Part shown: positions 43,721-47,168 of the stretch, piece after piece
How the letters are laid out: each line of letters opens with the position of its first letter
How positions within the stretch are numbered: position 1 is the stretch's first letter
Assembly: GCA_005880075.1 (NCBI GenBank)
Contig: VBJT01000040.1
Coordinates: forward strand, 1-47,168
DNA length: 47,168 nucleotides
Direction: 5' to 3'
DNA from: Chloroflexota bacterium
Lineage (GTDB): Bacteria; Chloroflexota; Dehalococcoidia; SM23-28-2; RBG-16-64-32
Notes under the pieces: generated by a model
The model's input: the letters and a program-made list of their open reading frames with translations, nothing else
Told to the model about the DNA's origin: nothing
Database searches by the model: none
Made by a program: the position numbers and the translations under genes

Positions 43721-44720
43721 CCTGCTCGAGCCTCCGCTTCCGAAGAGCATTCAGGTGGAGGTGACGGGCGCCTGCAACCTGCGATGTCGCATGTGCCTCG
43801 TGCGTTACCGGCCCGCCCTCGGCCGGGCCGCTTCAATGTCTTTCGACAAGTTCCGCAGCTTGCTGGATAACCTCCCCGACGTGCGCGTCGTAACCTTGCA
43901 GGGCTTAGGAGAACCTTTGATGGCGCCAGATCTCTTTCAAATGATCGACTATTGCAAAGGTCGCGGCATCTCCTGCGGGTTCAACTCCAACGCAACGCTA
44001 CTCACCAGGCAAATTTCGGAGCGGCTGGTTAGCTCAGGCCTCGACTGGCTTCATTTCTCGTTGGACGGCGCCTCACGAGAGACGTACGAATTCGTTCGCG
44101 ATCACGCCAACTGGGATGTGGTCGAGCGCAACATCACCCGCTTCGTCTCGCTCATGCGAGAGCGAAAAGCCGGGCGCCCTCAGCTCTCGCTCGTAATGGT
44201 GCTCATGCGCTTCAACTTCCGCGATCTACCCGCGGTTGTGCAGCGGGCCGCCGACTGGGGAATACCCCGGGTGCGCGCTCAGAACCTCTCGCACGATTTC
44301 TCGGACGCGCCTCAAAACGCCTATGAAGCGATCGCCGGGTTCGTCGAAGATCAGGCGCTTGTCGGCATGGCAAGCCCGGACGTCGAGGAGGTCCTCGCTG
44401 AGGCCCGACGAGTAGCGGCCCGGATGGGGGTCAGCCTGCGCCTGCCGAACATGCAAGAGCAAGCTGGGGAAGCACGCGTCGACGGCACCCGCGTCGCCTG
44501 CGACTGGCCTTGGCGCTCTTCCTATGTGACCCATGACGGTGTGGTCCAACCCTGCTGCATGGTAATGGGCTCGGACCGCGCGAAGCTGGGCTCGCTGAAC
44601 GATTCTTCGTTCGCCGAAATCTGGCACGAGGAGACTTACCGTCGCTTTCGAGAGGGCCTCATTAATGGCGACCCCCATCCCGTCTGTATCGGCTGTTCTG
44701 AATATCGCGGCACCTTTTGA
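43680..44720 (+). CDS. radical SAM enzyme with a C-terminal SPASM/twitch-like Cys cluster
   Basis: CNLRCRMC (C-x3-C-x2-C). C-terminal CDWPW...GVVQPCCMV...PVCIGCSEY. ggaggagga lies upstream. 41-nt overlap with ugd. Confidence 0.8.
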   Translation: MATQPRAQPRSSVNLLEPPLPKSIQVEVTGACNLRCRMCLVRYRPALGRAASMSFDKFRSLLDNLPDVRVVTLQGLGEPLMAPDLFQMIDYCKGRGISCGFNSNATLLTRQISERLVSSGLDWLHFSLDGASRETYEFVRDHANWDVVERNITRFVSLMRERKAGRPQLSLVMVLMRFNFRDLPAVVQRAADWGIPRVRAQNLSHDFSDAPQNAYEAIAGFVEDQALVGMASPDVEEVLAEARRVAARMGVSLRLPNMQEQAGEARVDGTRVACDWPWRSSYVTHDGVVQPCCMVMGSDRAKLGSLNDSSFAEIWHEETYRRFREGLINGDPHPVCIGCSEYRGTF

Positions 44721-44735
44721 GAGAACTCGCGGCCC

Positions 44736-45698
44736 TCAGATAAACAGGACCCGGAAACGCAGCGCGCCGCGTAGCCGCCAGTAGACTGAGAGTGGCGGGA
44801 TCAGCAGCGAGGTCAGCGCCATTTCGACAAGATGAATCGGTTGCTTTGTAGTGTGGCGAATGCGGCGGAAAAGAAATTCCATATACAGAAGCGCCCAGAT
44901 TCCGGCTGTGAGCATAGCGGTTAACGGAAGCCCAAATATGAGCAGCACCGGGACTATCGGCAGAAGCGCGAGCATCGCGTAGTAGTTCAGCGGTGGTCTC
45001 GCTTCTAGCTCTCGATATCGGTCAGGGTGCTTCTTGCAAATCAGGGCGTTGAACATGCTATACCGCTGCAGTCGCAGAGAGATGCCGAACGGCCCCGGGG
45101 GAGCCGGGTGCACTACAACGGCGTTCGGATTTCGCACGATCCACCCGCCGTCTTCTTCGATACGAAACTCCAGGTCGCTGATGCGTTCGAGGACGGACCG
45201 GCGGCAAAACGCATTGCAGGTGATGAAGCGCGCCCTCTCTAGATTCTTGACGTTTAGTTGAAAATCAGTCGGGGTGCCGTTCATCGGGACCACGACCTTG
45301 CCGGTCACTGCTGCTACCCGCCGGACCGAGAAAGGCCTCAGTCCCTCGCGTAGCCAGTCGTCTCCTTGCGGGTAAGCATCATCGTCGATGAACGCGATAA
45401 TCTCCCCCCGGGCATTTCGCCAGCCGGTGTTGCGTGCGGCGGCCGGCCCAGCCCGCGCTCCGGCAAGCGCAACCAGACGGATGCCCGTAGCCTGGGCCAT
45501 GTCTCGCACCAGGGCCGGGACTGTATCTCCGGCTGCGTCGTCAACGACGATGATCTCAAAGTCTTCGGATGGCATGTGCTGGCAGACCACACTCTTAAGG
45601 CATCGCTCGAGCAGTTCGTCTCGCCGGTATGTCGGGATCACTACCGAAACTAGCGGCGAACGTGATTGGCGGGCCCGCTCTGTTTTTTCCGGGTGCAA
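44736..45698 (-). CDS. GT2 glycosyltransferase with a C-terminal membrane domain; conserved acceptor-side motif apparently missing
   Basis: VSVVIPTYRRDELL and IVVDDAAGD...IAFIDDDA (DxD). C-terminal TM helices. TTG start is uncertain. Confidence 0.7.
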   Translation of the reverse strand: MHPEKTERARQSRSPLVSVVIPTYRRDELLERCLKSVVCQHMPSEDFEIIVVDDAAGDTVPALVRDMAQATGIRLVALAGARAGPAAARNTGWRNARGEIIAFIDDDAYPQGDDWLREGLRPFSVRRVAAVTGKVVVPMNGTPTDFQLNVKNLERARFITCNAFCRRSVLERISDLEFRIEEDGGWIVRNPNAVVVHPAPPGPFGISLRLQRYSMFNALICKKHPDRYRELEARPPLNYYAMLALLPIVPVLLIFGLPLTAMLTAGIWALLYMEFLFRRIRHTTKQPIHLVEMALTSLLIPPLSVYWRLRGALRFRVLFI

Positions 45699-45760
45699 CT
45701 TTCTTGGCCTTACTTGAAGTCTAGTCGCGCCGGTGTTACACGAATGCTGCTATTACGCGA

Positions 45761-45788
45761 CTTCCTATTGCATCGATACAACAGGAAG
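45761..45788. promoter_or_regulatory. imperfect inverted repeat in the divergent GT2/GT2 intergenic region
   Basis: cttcctattg-catcgata-caacaggaag. 9 of 10 arm positions pair, and the loop contains the palindrome atcgat. Confidence 0.3.
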
Positions 45789-45981
45789 CTTGAGCCGGTC
45801 GGGTCCTCGGCTCTGGTGGTTACGCCAGGTTGTTCCGACTGTGTTGCGTTCGCTCTAAGCACGATTTCAACGCTGGAGCCGAGTATACGGACTTGTAACG
45901 GGCGCCTCGGCTTGTTTGATACTTCGCGAATCGTGGCCGCTGCTAGTATGGCGTAGCCCGACTTTAGTGCCAGACCGCTTT

Positions 45982-46821
45982 ATGGCGACCGCAGTTGACG
46001 TTCTTGTCCCGACGTTCAATAGACCTGCGTCGCTGGCCATTACGCTTACCTCTCTGGCATCGCAGTCCTTCCACGAATTTTGTGTCATCGTTTCCGATCA
46101 GACAGAGGAGTTTTCGGTCGACGAGCGCCCGGAAGTAAGGGGAGTACTCAGGATACTGGAAGCCAAGGGCGTCCCGGCTTACCTCCGAAGGAACCGTCCG
46201 CGTCGCGGCATGGCCGAGCAGCGTCAGTTCCTCCTCGAGCAGGCGATGGCTCCGTACGTCCTCTACCTGGACGATGATCTGGTCCTTGAAAGAGACGTTG
46301 TGGCGCGCCTGCAAGCCGCGATGATCGCCGAGCGATGTGGCTTCGTTGGCTCCGCGCCCATCGGCCTGAGCCACATCAACGATGTTCGGCTGCACGAGCA
46401 GGCCATCGAGTTCTGGGATGGCCCGGTGCTTCCGGAGGAGGTCACCTGGGAAGGGACGCGATGGCAGCGGCATCGTCTTCACAACGCGGCCAACATCTTT
46501 CACGTCGCACAGCGCCTGAGATTGACGCCCGAATGTCAGCGCTTGTACAAGGTTGCGTGGGTGGGTGGCTGCGTCCTGTTCGACCGCAGAGCGCTGCTAT
46601 CGGTCGGTGGCTTTTCCTTCTGGCGCGAGCTTCCCGAAGCGCACTGCGGGGAAGACGTGCTCGCGCAGTTGCGAGTCATGCGGCATTACGGCGGCTGCGC
46701 GGTTCTGCCCTCGGGTACGTACCATCTGGAATTGCCGACCACCCTGCCGGACCGCCGCATCAATGCACCGGAGCTGTTGCCGGTTGACGTTCCACTGAAG
46801 ACCACGATGATAGCCCAGTGA
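45982..46821 (+). CDS. GT2 glycosyltransferase
   Basis: VDVLVPTFNRPASLAITLTSLASQ, YLDDDLVL (DxD) and GGF...CGEDV. ATG 45982 chosen as start. Confidence 0.75.
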   Translation: MATAVDVLVPTFNRPASLAITLTSLASQSFHEFCVIVSDQTEEFSVDERPEVRGVLRILEAKGVPAYLRRNRPRRGMAEQRQFLLEQAMAPYVLYLDDDLVLERDVVARLQAAMIAERCGFVGSAPIGLSHINDVRLHEQAIEFWDGPVLPEEVTWEGTRWQRHRLHNAANIFHVAQRLRLTPECQRLYKVAWVGGCVLFDRRALLSVGGFSFWRELPEAHCGEDVLAQLRVMRHYGGCAVLPSGTYHLELPTTLPDRRINAPELLPVDVPLKTTMIAQ

Positions 46822-47167
46822 TCCAACCGATGTCGTCAAGGAGGCGGCTCGCGGTGTGAGTCACATGCTCAATGCTCACCTCGTCCACGAAGCAGGCGTC
46901 GTGCGCGCAGGTTTGCGTTTTGTCGCGCGCGAAATCCGCTGCGATGTGCGCGCCGCAGAGAGGGCAGTGCGTTTGCCAGGAGACGACCGCGCGATGGCGA
47001 CTCCTTCCCGGGGGCGCGCCGTTAACGAAGTTCCCGCACCAATAGATCCCGACGGCCGGTGTATCAGCAGCAATCGCCAAGTGCAACGGGCCGCTGTCAT
47101 TGGAGATAACGATTGAGGCTGACGAGAGCAGCCCTAGGAGACCACCCAGCGCTAGCTCGCCGCTCAA
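46760..47167 (-). CDS. glycosyltransferase family 9 (heptosyltransferase-like), C-terminal part (5' end beyond window)
   Basis: SIVISNDSGPLHLAIAADTPAVGIYW is the GT9 C-terminal signature. It converges on, and overlaps, the GT2 gene by about 60 nt. Confidence 0.7.
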   Translation of the reverse strand: MSGELALGGLLGLLSSASIVISNDSGPLHLAIAADTPAVGIYWCGNFVNGAPPGRSRHRAVVSWQTHCPLCGAHIAADFARDKTQTCAHDACFVDEVSIEHVTHTASRLLDDIGWITGLSSWSSVERQPATAPVH

Positions 47168-47168
47168 A

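Overview
GC-rich bacterial chromosomal window (about 60-65% GC by eye, not computed) with roughly 50 protein-coding genes. I recognise no rRNA, tRNA, CRISPR array, transposase or integrase. Positions 1-32.5 kb are a patchwork of housekeeping and accessory genes: an ArsR/SRPBCC pair, an isolated nuoB, an alpha/beta-hydrolase-like/class III cyclase fusion, a divergent nickel-SOD pair (sodX/sodN), an MMPL transporter, a nuoI-nuoG pair, a Lon-N domain protein, a Zn-ADH, an orphan secretion-ATPase homologue, HAD, rhodanese, DinB, a 2-hydroxyacid dehydrogenase, pyrE, a lipoprotein, an acyl-CoA mutase large subunit, a split ADP-forming acyl-CoA synthetase, a cysteine desulfurase, a 2H phosphoesterase, an MBL hydrolase, DUF309, dut, a J-like/FKBP membrane fusion, and DUF2330-like and PRC-barrel proteins. 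After a lower-GC 0.4 kb spacer, 32.9-47.2 kb is a tightly overlapping sugar-nucleotide/glycosyltransferase locus. It encodes a complete GmhA-HldE-GmhB nucleotide-heptose route (GmhA fused to a GT4), two GT9 heptosyltransferase-family genes, UGD plus UXS, a NodU/CmcH carbamoyltransferase, a radical SAM/SPASM enzyme, an SDR and several GT2/GT4-like transferases. Five things stand out. (1) The heptose locus has no recognisable acceptor or export genes. (2) Many genes are frame-broken or lack a conserved motif: five multi-frame genes and two in-frame motif gaps. (3) nuoG carries an in-frame 75-nt insertion flanked by a perfect 17-bp direct repeat, which duplicates a cluster-binding motif. (4) A thioredoxin-fold remnant has TGA at the first position of its CxxC motif, with a hairpin just downstream. 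(5) A palindromic REP-like element occurs three times at gene ends. Taxonomic guess, by inference only: a Chloroflexota- or Actinomycetota-like organism, possibly a metagenome-assembled genome. All family calls come from motif recognition by eye; no searches were run.
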